In this document: piece by piece, positions 10,123 to 17,337 of the stretch
How the letters are laid out: the number at the start of each line of letters is the position of its first letter
Position numbering within the stretch: position 1 is the stretch's first letter
From: an uncultured virus (IMG/VR IMGVR_UViG_3300042314_001037)
Lineage: Duplodnaviria; Heunggongvirae; Uroviricota; Caudoviricetes
Length of the DNA stretch: 64,000 nt
IMG/VR virus record: IMGVR_UViG_3300042314_001037
Reading direction: 5' to 3' (one strand)
Notes under the pieces: generated by a model
The model's input: only the letters and a program-made list of their open reading frames with translations
Database searches by the model: none
Told to the model about the DNA's origin: nothing
Program-made: the position numbers and the translations under genes

Positions 10123-10311
10123 TCAAGTTTCGTGATCCTCTGGAGGATTGGCCAAAGGTGAAGTTGAAGGTTTTTTCTTAGACCATGATGAATAACTGGC
10201 TCCTTCTTCTCTGCTGCTGACATTTCTTTCGATCTGTTGTATCACACCACCCTTGGCCAGGAACTCTGCCATGGCTGTGGCTGTAGCTGCTTCGTATTCG
10301 TCTTTAGTCAT
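10123..10311 (-). CDS. small hypothetical phage protein
   Basis: ORF with GAG SD; AEFLAKGGVIQQI motif. Confidence 0.55.
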   Translation of the reverse strand: MTKDEYEAATATAMAEFLAKGGVIQQIERNVSSREEGASYSSWSKKKPSTSPLANPPEDHET

Positions 10312-10331
10312 TGTTTTCTCTTTTTAAAAAA

Positions 10332-10408
10332 TGGTCGGAGTACAAGGATTCGAACCTTGGACCCCCTGGTCCCAAACCAGGTGCGCTACCAGACTGCGCC
10401 ACACTCCG
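10332..10408 (-). tRNA. tRNA-Pro(TGG)
   Basis: CGGAGTG acceptor, loop TTTGGGA, CCA. Confidence 0.93.
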
Positions 10409-10557
10409 AAATTAACTTGGTATCATATGAGGAACATATGGTACTGCTCTGGGACCGTGTCTCTGTTGTAATAACATACGTGCTTCCTCTGCCGAATTAG
10501 CACCCACACGATCCTTAAATTCTTTGCCGTCTACTCTAATTGTTGCTTCGTATAATT

Positions 10558-11310
10558 TCATTTGAATCCAAACGGACATTTTGATGCGGGCATTGAAGTT
10601 AATAATGATCTATGTTGCCCTCCCCACATAGATTTTTGAGTAAACTCTTTTGAAATCTTTTCGTACTCGTTAGCATCAACTTCATGATGTTTTAATTCTA
10701 CTTCACGTTCAGTTAACGGGATAAGCTGTACCAACGGATCACCTGCATTAACCGTTAGTGTAGTTCCCTTTTTCACAAAAATATTCACATGTGTATTATG
10801 CTGTGCTTTAAAATCTAATATTCCCGATAACGCATGGTAGTTAGCATGTCTATCTGTATTGTGATAGGTACATTGATTCCAGGCAAATTTAACACCAGTT
10901 TTTTCTTTGATTAACCAAGGACTAGAAATTTTCACATGCTGGTATCCCTTGTACAATTCTTCCCAATACATAAAGGGAGGATGGGGATTGGCATCTAGGC
11001 CGCCCATAGGATCATGTTTAAAAAATAATCCGTCCTTCATCATTTCAATTTTAAAATCTGTCCAACTAGGTAGTATAAATCCAGAGGTAAACAAATTGAC
11101 CATACCAACACATCTCTTGGCTGTTGGTATTGGAATTAATTCCTTGCTTCTAGGATCCTGCAGTGATTTTACATCAACCATAGGTGGCAATTGTTTCCAC
11201 TCTGCGGGAACAAATTTATGAGCATGATCAATTTTGAACAGATTCTGCACAACTGGATTATCTATAAAACAATCTACAATTATCTTTTTTCTTCGAAATA
11301 AAAACATCAT
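10558..11310 (-). CDS. hypothetical protein
   Basis: 250-aa ORF ending CPFGFK; no motif I can assign with confidence. Confidence 0.6.
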   Translation of the reverse strand: MMFLFRRKKIIVDCFIDNPVVQNLFKIDHAHKFVPAEWKQLPPMVDVKSLQDPRSKELIPIPTAKRCVGMVNLFTSGFILPSWTDFKIEMMKDGLFFKHDPMGGLDANPHPPFMYWEELYKGYQHVKISSPWLIKEKTGVKFAWNQCTYHNTDRHANYHALSGILDFKAQHNTHVNIFVKKGTTLTVNAGDPLVQLIPLTEREVELKHHEVDANEYEKISKEFTQKSMWGGQHRSLLTSMPASKCPFGFK

Positions 11311-11320
11311 GTCCTCAAAT

Positions 11321-11396
11321 TGGTTGCGGGAGTCGGAGTCGAACCGACGATCTGAAGCTTATGAGACTTCCGAGATACCACCTTCTCCATCCCGCG
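11321..11396 (-). tRNA. initiator-type tRNA-fMet(CAT)
   Basis: C1xA72 mismatch, A11-U24, loop CTCATAA, ACCA end; atypical anticodon stem. Confidence 0.85.
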
Positions 11397-11401
11397 ATAA
11401 T

Positions 11402-11610
11402 TAGTGCCTAGCTACTCCCACCACAGGAGCCCTAGACTGAGCGGTTACTCTGTCCATAACATTTATTCTTATGGGAAGGTGTTAAACCTCACCTAATGCG
11501 TCTCCGGATTCCCTACACAGGATCGGAAGGCCTTTGCACTACAAACCTAGCACTCTTTATGGTGACTGCCCCACCCCCTTTGTATAACGGGCAAGGGCGC
11601 CCGGGGTCTG
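11402..11610 (-). ncRNA. candidate structured RNA(s) within the tRNA array
   Basis: Terminal stem AGTGCTAG/CTAGGCACT closing several hairpins; upstream GC-rich hairpin ending GTCACCA. Confidence 0.45.
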
Positions 11611-12186
11611 TTAGATCAAGCCTTCAGCTTGCAGTGTTGCTACAACATCATCACTGAGTGGAATTTCAGTTTTGATATTTAACTCAAGAACTTCATCATT
11701 GAGTTTTTGTTTCTGCTTCTTGAGATTTTGGATCTCTGCCTTGGCTTGATCAATTTGATCTCGTCCAACAACACTGGTAGATACCGTGTCGTCACGGCCG
11801 TACAAACTTGCACGGCTTTCTTCTTTGCGGCTGCGGATCTTGTCCAACTTGCCGTTGACCACAGCCAAGTCACTCACTGGATTCAATGTGGCTATTTCAG
11901 TCAACTGTGTGACACGCTTGTCAATGAACGCAGCCTTGGCCAATGACAGGTCAATTCCGCAATTTGCGTTGGCTGTACCAACCAGTCCGCGAATGTTGTA
12001 CAAGGCCAACAACAGCTTTTGTCGGCGACCATCATTTGTGATCAAAAGGTTATTGGCCTTTTGAATCTCATCTTGTGCGTTCTGGAACTCGTTGATCTCA
12101 ATGCTGGTATCAATCTTAATACCCTTGATTGCTTCATTGATCGAATTCTGAACTGCGTTTGCCTTACGTAGGGAAATGTTCATCAC
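11611..12186 (-). CDS. coiled-coil hypothetical protein
   Basis: 191-aa ORF with heptad-rich segments. Confidence 0.7.
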   Translation of the reverse strand: MMNISLRKANAVQNSINEAIKGIKIDTSIEINEFQNAQDEIQKANNLLITNDGRRQKLLLALYNIRGLVGTANANCGIDLSLAKAAFIDKRVTQLTEIATLNPVSDLAVVNGKLDKIRSRKEESRASLYGRDDTVSTSVVGRDQIDQAKAEIQNLKKQKQKLNDEVLELNIKTEIPLSDDVVATLQAEGLI

Positions 12187-12412
12187 GTTGTCCTTTCTTC
12201 TTTGTTTTAACAGTTTTTAAAAAATCAAGTCTAGTATACTTGCCCTGTTCGATTTCGTTTAGAGCAGTAACAATAAATCCATGACTACCTTTATCAACTC
12301 TAGGAGCATGACCGTTTTTCAACTCTCGAGCTCGTTGACTTGCAGCCAATACCATTTCAAATCTATCGCCGTATGCTGCCACTGCGTCTTCTGATGAAAG
12401 TTGTTTGTTCAT
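12164..12412 (-). CDS. rpoZ: RNA polymerase omega subunit homologue
   Basis: DRFEMVLAASQRARELKNG...VTALNEIEQG matches the omega signature. Confidence 0.8.
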   Translation of the reverse strand: MNKQLSSEDAVAAYGDRFEMVLAASQRARELKNGHAPRVDKGSHGFIVTALNEIEQGKYTRLDFLKTVKTKKKGQRDEHFPT

Positions 12413-12429
12413 ATATTCCTTTAGGTTAA

Positions 12430-12690
12430 AAATAACGGGTCAACGAAAGGTCAAGTAATAGACCGGACAATATACAATGAAGAGTTGTAGTCTTCGTTGA
12501 CAATGTGCAAAATACAATACACAGAGGTCCATATATTTCCGATTAACAAATGACATTCTATTAGGGATCGGATCACATAAACACGGCCATTGTTCAGATG
12601 GTTGTAAGTTTGGAGTAAGCATGAAGCTCACACCTTTGTGTCTATTCTCATCTACCCTTCGCTTTACCGGTCATGTATTGCTACACAACA
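12430..12690 (-). ncRNA. long structured 5' leader / candidate ncRNA upstream of rpoZ
   Basis: About 270 nt between a consensus promoter and the rpoZ SD; GACCGG/CCGGTC and GTCAACGAA/TTCGTTGAC pairings. Confidence 0.4.
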
Positions 12691-12695
12691 AAACT

Positions 12696-12724
12696 ATTAT
12701 AGCACTCTTTAGACTAAATGTCAA
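12696..12724 (-). promoter_or_regulatory. sigma70-type promoter
   Basis: TTGACA-17-TATAAT. Confidence 0.75.
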
Positions 12725-13338
12725 GTCTTTTTTGCCACTAATTTCACATCCCAAGCCAAAATTGTTCTGTGGCCCTTGCCTTTCCACGGATACACAGTGT
12801 GTGGAATATAGCTGGGAAATATGATCATCTTCATGGGATTTGGGGTAAACCGCCATTGATCTACAAAAACAAAATGTGCAGGGTTTCTTACCACCGGCAA
12901 TCTAAACTCAATCACAGCATCCGATATGTTGTCTGTGAGATCAAGATCAGGAACATCAATGTAGATGTTGCCGCTGATATGTGCTTCATGATTGTGCATG
13001 GCCTGATAGTCGCCTGCAGTCTGACGTATAGTCCATGCTGAAACCAACATGGGTTGAAATGCTGACAGATCGTTGCGACCGCTTTGTTTGATCTGCGCAT
13101 CCATGTATTCCTGGCACTGCGCTTCTACATAGCGTTTGATATGCCCTGTGTCTAGATTGAATTGATTTGGCAAGAGTTGAATCTGCTGTCCGCCACGTAT
13201 GCTAATAGCAGGATTACCCTCATCATTGAGTTCTGTCTTGGTATGTGCAGTATCTACTAGACTTTTCAAATTGGTGAATACATCCGCCGGCACATCGGCC
13301 ACAGCCATCACAGTTGGATTAAAATATGCAAATTTCAT
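12721..13338 (-). CDS. putative 2OG-Fe(II) oxygenase
   Basis: MHNHEAHISGNIYI...IIFPSYIPHTVYP...RTILAWD. Confidence 0.75.
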   Translation of the reverse strand: MKFAYFNPTVMAVADVPADVFTNLKSLVDTAHTKTELNDEGNPAISIRGGQQIQLLPNQFNLDTGHIKRYVEAQCQEYMDAQIKQSGRNDLSAFQPMLVSAWTIRQTAGDYQAMHNHEAHISGNIYIDVPDLDLTDNISDAVIEFRLPVVRNPAHFVFVDQWRFTPNPMKMIIFPSYIPHTVYPWKGKGHRTILAWDVKLVAKKT

Positions 13339-13352
13339 ATGTACCTAAAAAA

Positions 13353-13426
13353 TGGTGCCCCTTGACAGAATCGAACTGCCGTAACCTGATTACAAAACAG
13401 GTGTAATACCATTATACTAAAGGGGC
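13353..13426 (-). tRNA. tRNA-Thr(TGT)
   Basis: Loop TTTGTAA, CCA. Confidence 0.92.
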
Positions 13427-13443
13427 AATACTTACTTAAAACT

Positions 13444-13518
13444 TGGTGGACCGTCCCGGGATCGAACCGGGGATTGAAGCTTGCAAAGCTACTGTGTTCC
13501 CATCTATACCAACAGCCC
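13444..13518 (-). tRNA. tRNA-Ala(TGC)
   Basis: G3:U70 pair, loop TTTGCAA, CCA. Confidence 0.92.
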
Positions 13519-13524
13519 AATATT

Positions 13525-13674
13525 TTACTTACCTTCGTTGAGTTTATACTCTTGAAGTTTTTCTTTAAATGCTTGTTCGGTTAGTCCGTGCCAACCGATG
13601 CACTTACCAGTAGGCGAACGACCGCAACCACACTTACCAACCTGATCTGCATTTTCTTTAACTCGAACTTGCAT
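13525..13674 (-). CDS. CDGSH-type iron-sulfur small protein
   Basis: CGCGRSPTGKCIGWH resembles the CDGSH C-x-C-x2-S-x3-P-x-C-D-G-x-H motif; start trimmed to MQVRV. Confidence 0.6.
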   Translation of the reverse strand: MQVRVKENADQVGKCGCGRSPTGKCIGWHGLTEQAFKEKLQEYKLNEGK

Positions 13675-13675
13675 G

Positions 13676-13888
13676 TTAGCCTCCACTGGATACTGTTCCG
13701 GATGCATGAGTGGTAAAATTACCACCTCCCTGTTTGCGTGGTTCACGTTTTGGCACCACGGCAGCACATAGTTCAGCATCAATCATAGCACGTTTCCATT
13801 CACCTCGTTTGTGCGGATCTAGAACTCTACTCATTGCTAGACTTGCTTTAGTCAAAGCACTCATTCTATAATTTGGACCTGGTTTCAT
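13676..13888 (-). CDS. hypothetical phage protein
   Basis: ATG with AAGGA SD. Confidence 0.6.
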   Translation of the reverse strand: MKPGPNYRMSALTKASLAMSRVLDPHKRGEWKRAMIDAELCAAVVPKREPRKQGGGNFTTHASGTVSSGG

Positions 13889-13909
13889 TGTATTTCCTTT
13901 ATTAAAATC

Positions 13910-14109
13910 TGGTTGCTCTGCATCCCCCGGCGGTAATTATAGTACAGAAAGATATGACGCTATCATACCCCTCACTCGTACCTTCCACCCGCTTCCCGAC
14001 AGGGACCGTTCTCGCATTGCTAGCGGCCTTTGGGTTTAAAGACTACCACCCGTAGTTGTCACACTACTTCTCATCGTGTGGGTCACACTATCCGAAGACA
14101 CTCGGAACG
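13910..14109 (-). ncRNA. candidate ~200-nt multi-stem RNA with a 3' CCA
   Basis: 5' and 3' ends pair; at least 5 internal hairpins; ends CAGAGCAACCA; lies directly after tRNA-Ser. Confidence 0.55.
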
Positions 14110-14112
14110 TTA

Positions 14113-14200
14113 TGGCGGAGCATGTAGGAATCGAACCTACTCACCCATTACTGAATGACAGATTAGCAATCTGTTGCCTTAACCGGTCGGCCAATGCTCC
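14113..14200 (-). tRNA. tRNA-Ser(GCT)
   Basis: Long variable arm, loop TTGCTAA, GCCA end. Confidence 0.92.
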
Positions 14201-14208
14201 GTGTTGCT

Positions 14209-14284
14209 TGGTGGGTTCTGCCAGGGTCGAACTGACGACATTCTGCGTGTAAGGCAGACGCTCTACCAACTGAGCTAAGAACCC
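14209..14284 (-). tRNA. tRNA-Val(TAC)
   Basis: Loop CTTACAC, CCA. Confidence 0.93.
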
Positions 14285-14291
14285 TAAACTA

Positions 14292-14375
14292 TGGTGCGCA
14301 AGGAGAGACTCGAACTCTCAATCCTTTCGGCACTGGCTTCTAAGACCAGCGTGTATACCATTCCACCACTTGCGC
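14292..14375 (-). tRNA. tRNA-Leu(TAG)
   Basis: Loop CTTAGAA, variable arm, CCA. Confidence 0.93.
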
Positions 14376-14397
14376 AAATTTCTAACTAATAATATAC

Positions 14398-14426
14398 ATT
14401 ATATAGTCTAATCACCTGTGTGTCAA
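14398..14426 (-). promoter_or_regulatory. internal sigma70-type promoter in the tRNA array
   Basis: TTGACA-17-TATAAT. Confidence 0.75.
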
Positions 14427-14456
14427 CAACTTTATGAAAAAACTTATAAAATAATT

Positions 14457-14548
14457 TGGTACCAGCGGAGGGAATCGAACCCTCTCAAGAACGCTAATCT
14501 GGCGCTAAAAGGTTTATAAAACCTCTCTGACTACCAAGTCTCGCTGGC
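14457..14548 (-). tRNA. non-canonical tRNA with TAT (Ile, AUA-reading) anticodon
   Basis: 7-bp acceptor, 1-nt linker, D arm GACT-TGGT-AGTC, AGAGGT-TTTATAA-ACCTTT, long variable arm, normal T arm, ACCA. Confidence 0.75.
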
Positions 14549-14555
14549 ATTTATT

Positions 14556-14639
14556 TGGTATGAGCGGAGGGACTTGAACCCTCAATCCCGAAGGCGGCAG
14601 ATTTTAAGTCTGCTGTGTATACCATTCCACCACGCTCAC
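14556..14639 (-). tRNA. tRNA-Leu(TAA)
   Basis: Loop CTTAAAA, variable arm, CCA. Confidence 0.92.
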
Positions 14640-14645
14640 ATATCT

Positions 14646-14721
14646 TGGTGCCGCCTCTAGGGATCGAACCTAGTTCCTCGGTTCTTCAAACCGGTGCTAT
14701 GACCACATCAGCTAAAGCGGC
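14646..14721 (-). tRNA. tRNA-Phe(GAA)
   Basis: Loop TTGAAGA, CCA. Confidence 0.9.
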
Positions 14722-14723
14722 AT

Positions 14724-14797
14724 TGGGGTGAAGGGGAGAATCGAACTCTCTCTTACTGTTTCACAGACAGCCGTGCAGCCACTACACTACCAACACC
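14724..14797 (-). tRNA. tRNA-His(GTG)
   Basis: G-1:C73, loop CTGTGAA; two U-U mismatches in the acceptor stem. Confidence 0.82.
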
Positions 14798-14960
14798 ATT
14801 AACTTTTTCTAACACATCCTTACGCATAAGGAACTGTCGTTGATTGTCAGGGCGATGAACCAAGAGATACTCAACGCCATCTATATTCTGAGTTTGACGA
14901 GAATCTTCACAGACTACTCGTTCGTTGTTTAAACGATTTTTAAAAGTAATAGGTTTCATT
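14753..14960 (-). CDS. small hypothetical protein (3' end overlaps tRNA-His)
   Basis: MKPITFKNR start with GGAG SD. Confidence 0.5.
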
Positions 14961-15029
14961 TTATATCTCCTTGTTATGGCCAATCCTTGCACTTTGCTTG
15001 GATCTTACGTAATAGAATTTTACTAATTT

Positions 15030-15103
15030 TGGTATCGCTGCCACGAGTTGAACGTGGACTTAGACCTTCGCAGGGTCTTGTGATATCTTTTCACTACAGC
15101 GAT
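15030..15103 (-). tRNA. tRNA-Arg(GCG)
   Basis: AGACC-CTGCGAA-GGTCT, ACCA; D loop lacks the GG. Confidence 0.8.
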
Positions 15104-15114
15104 AAAATAAATAC

Positions 15115-15789
15115 TTGATGTTAGACATCTTTTTAAATCGACGAACACAGCGAGCATTTACTAATGACGCTATACCTCAAGAGCATATTGACTCAATACT
15201 AACAGCTGGTTGTTCAGCCCCTAGTAAGCAACGTGCATATCCTTGGCGTGTTATTGCATTAACTCAAAGCCACAAAGCTCTTGAATTAAAAAATAAACTG
15301 TTCTTAGACAGTTTCATTAACATGCCAATTCGTAAACATTTACTAACAGCCCAATCACCTTTACTGTTAGCATGGATAGGAGTTCCTATCTTAGACAACT
15401 TTGACCTAGGTCTTGTTTCTAATGGTACTACAGTACGTGAACAAGGAATAAATGTATCTTCTAGATCTGCTGATCCTAAAACACAATATACTGTTCGAAC
15501 ACGTTCTGAAAAAGATACAATGATTGCTGCTAGTTTTTCTATGATACAAGCAGAATCTCTAGGATATCGTACTGCCTTTACATCATGCTTTTTCGAAGAC
15601 CAAGCTCACAAGATTTTAGGTCTTGCAGAAAATGAATGGCCCATTGTGTTTCTATCTGTTGGCCAACCCAATGACTCTCGAGTAAGAGAAACGGTAAACA
15701 ACGGACCAACAACAGTTGGGTTTTCTGATCCACGTCCTTTTCCAGAGCCACCTAAGTTAACTCCTGCTGAACTATCTACTATTATCTAG
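15115..15789 (+). CDS. nitroreductase family protein
   Basis: NRRTQRAF...APSKQRAYPWRVI...AESLGYRTAF...FLSVG. Confidence 0.85.
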   Translation: MMLDIFLNRRTQRAFTNDAIPQEHIDSILTAGCSAPSKQRAYPWRVIALTQSHKALELKNKLFLDSFINMPIRKHLLTAQSPLLLAWIGVPILDNFDLGLVSNGTTVREQGINVSSRSADPKTQYTVRTRSEKDTMIAASFSMIQAESLGYRTAFTSCFFEDQAHKILGLAENEWPIVFLSVGQPNDSRVRETVNNGPTTVGFSDPRPFPEPPKLTPAELSTII

Positions 15790-15790
15790 T

Positions 15791-15865
15791 TGGCCGGTCC
15801 TGCAGGAATCGAACCCACACCGCTTGGTTCGAAGCCAAGCATTCTATCCATTGAACTAAGGACCG
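15791..15865 (-). tRNA. tRNA-Arg(TCG)
   Basis: CTTGG-CTTCGAA-CCAAG, GCCA. Confidence 0.92.
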
Positions 15866-15873
15866 TTATTTTT

Positions 15874-15947
15874 TGGCAGAGGGTAAAGGAATCGAACCTT
15901 TAATAGCGGAATCAAAATCCGCGGTTATACCATTTAACTAACCCCCA
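15874..15947 (-). tRNA. tRNA-Gln(TTG)
   Basis: Loop TTTTGAT, GCCA. Confidence 0.9.
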
Positions 15948-15953
15948 ACAACT

Positions 15954-16029
15954 TGGTGGTAATAGTTGGACTCGAACCAACGATAGGCTGCGTATGAAGC
16001 AACTGCATTAGCCACTATGCTATATTACC
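15954..16029 (-). tRNA. tRNA with CAT anticodon (elongator Met; Ile2 not excluded)
   Basis: G1-C72 paired, loop TTCATAC, ACCA. Confidence 0.85.
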
Positions 16030-16115
16030 ATATAAAAACACACTCAAGTCCGCGGCACGGAAGGCACTATACCCGCGATGGTCTATGACCAGGCCTAATG
16101 TGTTTTTATATGGTA
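16026..16115 (-). ncRNA. hairpin-closed spacer element between tRNA-Lys and tRNA-Met
   Basis: 17-bp inverted repeat TACCATATAAAAACACA/TGTGTTTTTATATGGTA around a GC-rich core. Confidence 0.45.
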
Positions 16116-16184
16116 GGGGTGCTCGGGAACGATCCGAGTTTTACTGGTTAAAAGCCAGTTACTTCACCTTAAAGTTTCACCCCC
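16111..16184 (-). tRNA. tRNA-Lys(TTT)
   Basis: Loop CTTTTAA; variant T loop ATCGTTC; CCA. Confidence 0.85.
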
Positions 16185-16235
16185 GTTATCTTATCACTCT
16201 TGTCACTAGTCATGACAGATCTCCTTTTAAAAAAT

Positions 16236-16310
16236 TGGTAGCCTATCTTGGGAACGATCCAAGGACCCCCGCCTTATCAAGACGGTGCTCTACCACTGAG
16301 CTAATAGGCT
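16236..16310 (-). tRNA. tRNA-Ile(GAT)
   Basis: Loop TTGATAA; variant T loop ATCGTTC; CCA. Confidence 0.88.
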
Positions 16311-16316
16311 GTATTA

Positions 16317-16427
16317 GGCGGACGAATCATTATCACTGCCACGCCCAGGTCATTCGGCAGGGGTACGCCACTTGGCGGTTAGGAAAGGTAACCCGTGTGC
16401 ATCTAACACTGCTCAAATGATTCGTCC
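16317..16427 (-). ncRNA. candidate tRNA-like small RNA
   Basis: Perfect 12-bp terminal stem GGACGAATCATT/AATGATTCGTCC followed by GCC; internal hairpins. Confidence 0.5.
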
Positions 16428-16432
16428 ATAGT

Positions 16433-16522
16433 TGGCGGAAGTAGTAGGATTCGAACCCACGGACCCTTTCGAGCCTTCAGTTTTCAAGACTGCTGCCTTA
16501 AGCCATGCTCAGCCATACTTCC
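16433..16522 (-). tRNA. tRNA-Ser(TGA)
   Basis: Loop CTTGAAA, long variable arm, GCCA. Confidence 0.92.
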
Positions 16523-16527
16523 ATGAT

Positions 16528-16608
16528 TGGTACCCCGGGCGGGAGTTGAACCCGCATTTAAATTTCTCTTTTTGAGAGAGACGACTTTGCCAATTTGTCT
16601 ACCGGGGC
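16528..16608 (-). tRNA. tRNA-Leu(CAA)
   Basis: TCTCT-CTCAAAA-AGAGA, short AT-rich variable region, CCA. Confidence 0.85.
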
Positions 16609-16658
16609 AAAAGAAAAACTCCACAGCATCGACTATGTCGAACGAGTGGAGCCATGTT

Positions 16659-16736
16659 TGGAGTGGCGGGTGAGATTTGAACTCACGATTTTACGGATTT
16701 GCAATCCGTTGCAATGGGCCTCTCTGCCACCGCCAC
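16659..16736 (-). tRNA. tRNA-Cys(GCA)
   Basis: Loop TTGCAAA, U73, CCA. Confidence 0.9.
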
Positions 16737-16743
16737 ATAAATT

Positions 16744-16818
16744 TGGAAGACCGTAGGGGAGTCGAACCCCTCTTACCAGGATGAAAACCTAGTGTCCTAA
16801 CCGATAGACGAACGGTCC
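16744..16818 (-). tRNA. tRNA-Glu(TTC)
   Basis: Loop TTTTCAT, CCA. Confidence 0.92.
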
Positions 16819-16826
16819 ATAAAACT

Positions 16827-16902
16827 TGGCGTACCCTCACGGCCTCGAACCGCGAACCTCTGGTTTTGGAGACCAGCGCTCTGCCAATTGAGCTAAGGAT
16901 AC
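16827..16902 (-). tRNA. tRNA-Trp(CCA)
   Basis: Loop CTCCAAA, GCCA. Confidence 0.92.
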
Positions 16903-16907
16903 ATTAT

Positions 16908-16984
16908 TGGCTCCCCGGGGAAGGCTCGAACTTCCGACATCGGCATTAACAGTGCCGCGCAACTACCAACTGTGCTACCGAGGA
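16908..16984 (-). tRNA. tRNA-Asn(GTT)
   Basis: Loop CTGTTAA, GCCA. Confidence 0.92.
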
Positions 16985-16991
16985 ATAAACT

Positions 16992-17066
16992 TGGCGGTCT
17001 GTGGGGGAATCGAACCCCCGTAAGCGGATAGACAATCCGCAGTAATAACCTCTATACGAACAGACC
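16992..17066 (-). tRNA. tRNA-Asp(GTC)
   Basis: Loop TTGTCTA, GCCA. Confidence 0.92.
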
Positions 17067-17074
17067 TAAAATTG

Positions 17075-17269
17075 TTAAGCAACGCCGCGGAACGTGACAC
17101 GGCACCGTTCTTGGCCACCATATTGGGCTTCTGCTATACGCACAGCATCTCCGGATGTCTGGGCATTTACTACAGTTTCAAATTGTCGAAGGCTCTCAGT
17201 TTGAAAAGCACCGCTGGTACCTTCACCTGCATACGAACCCACTTCAACATAAACACGATACGATTGCAT
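17075..17269 (-). CDS. small hypothetical protein with its own promoter
   Basis: MQSYRVYVEV start, AAGGA SD, promoter TTGACT-17-TATACT at 17300-17328. Confidence 0.6.
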   Translation of the reverse strand: MQSYRVYVEVGSYAGEGTSGAFQTESLRQFETVVNAQTSGDAVRIAEAQYGGQERCRVTFRGVA

Positions 17270-17337
17270 TTGATTTCCTTTTAAGTTCACAGTATTAATA
17301 GTATAACACCAATCCAAAAAAAAGTCAACCATTCGTT

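Noticed and set aside
12440..12631. 63-aa ORF in the rpoZ leader as a second leader peptide
   Set aside because: GTG start with a weak SD and no clear downstream terminator; not excluded but unsupported.
13910..14109. 6S RNA
   Set aside because: The length fits, but the pairings I can see are multibranched rather than one rod with a central bubble.
16085..16420. Plus-strand 111-aa ORF (likewise 10237-10500, 13335-13520, 17337-17585)
   Set aside because: These are shadow ORFs lying over tRNA genes.
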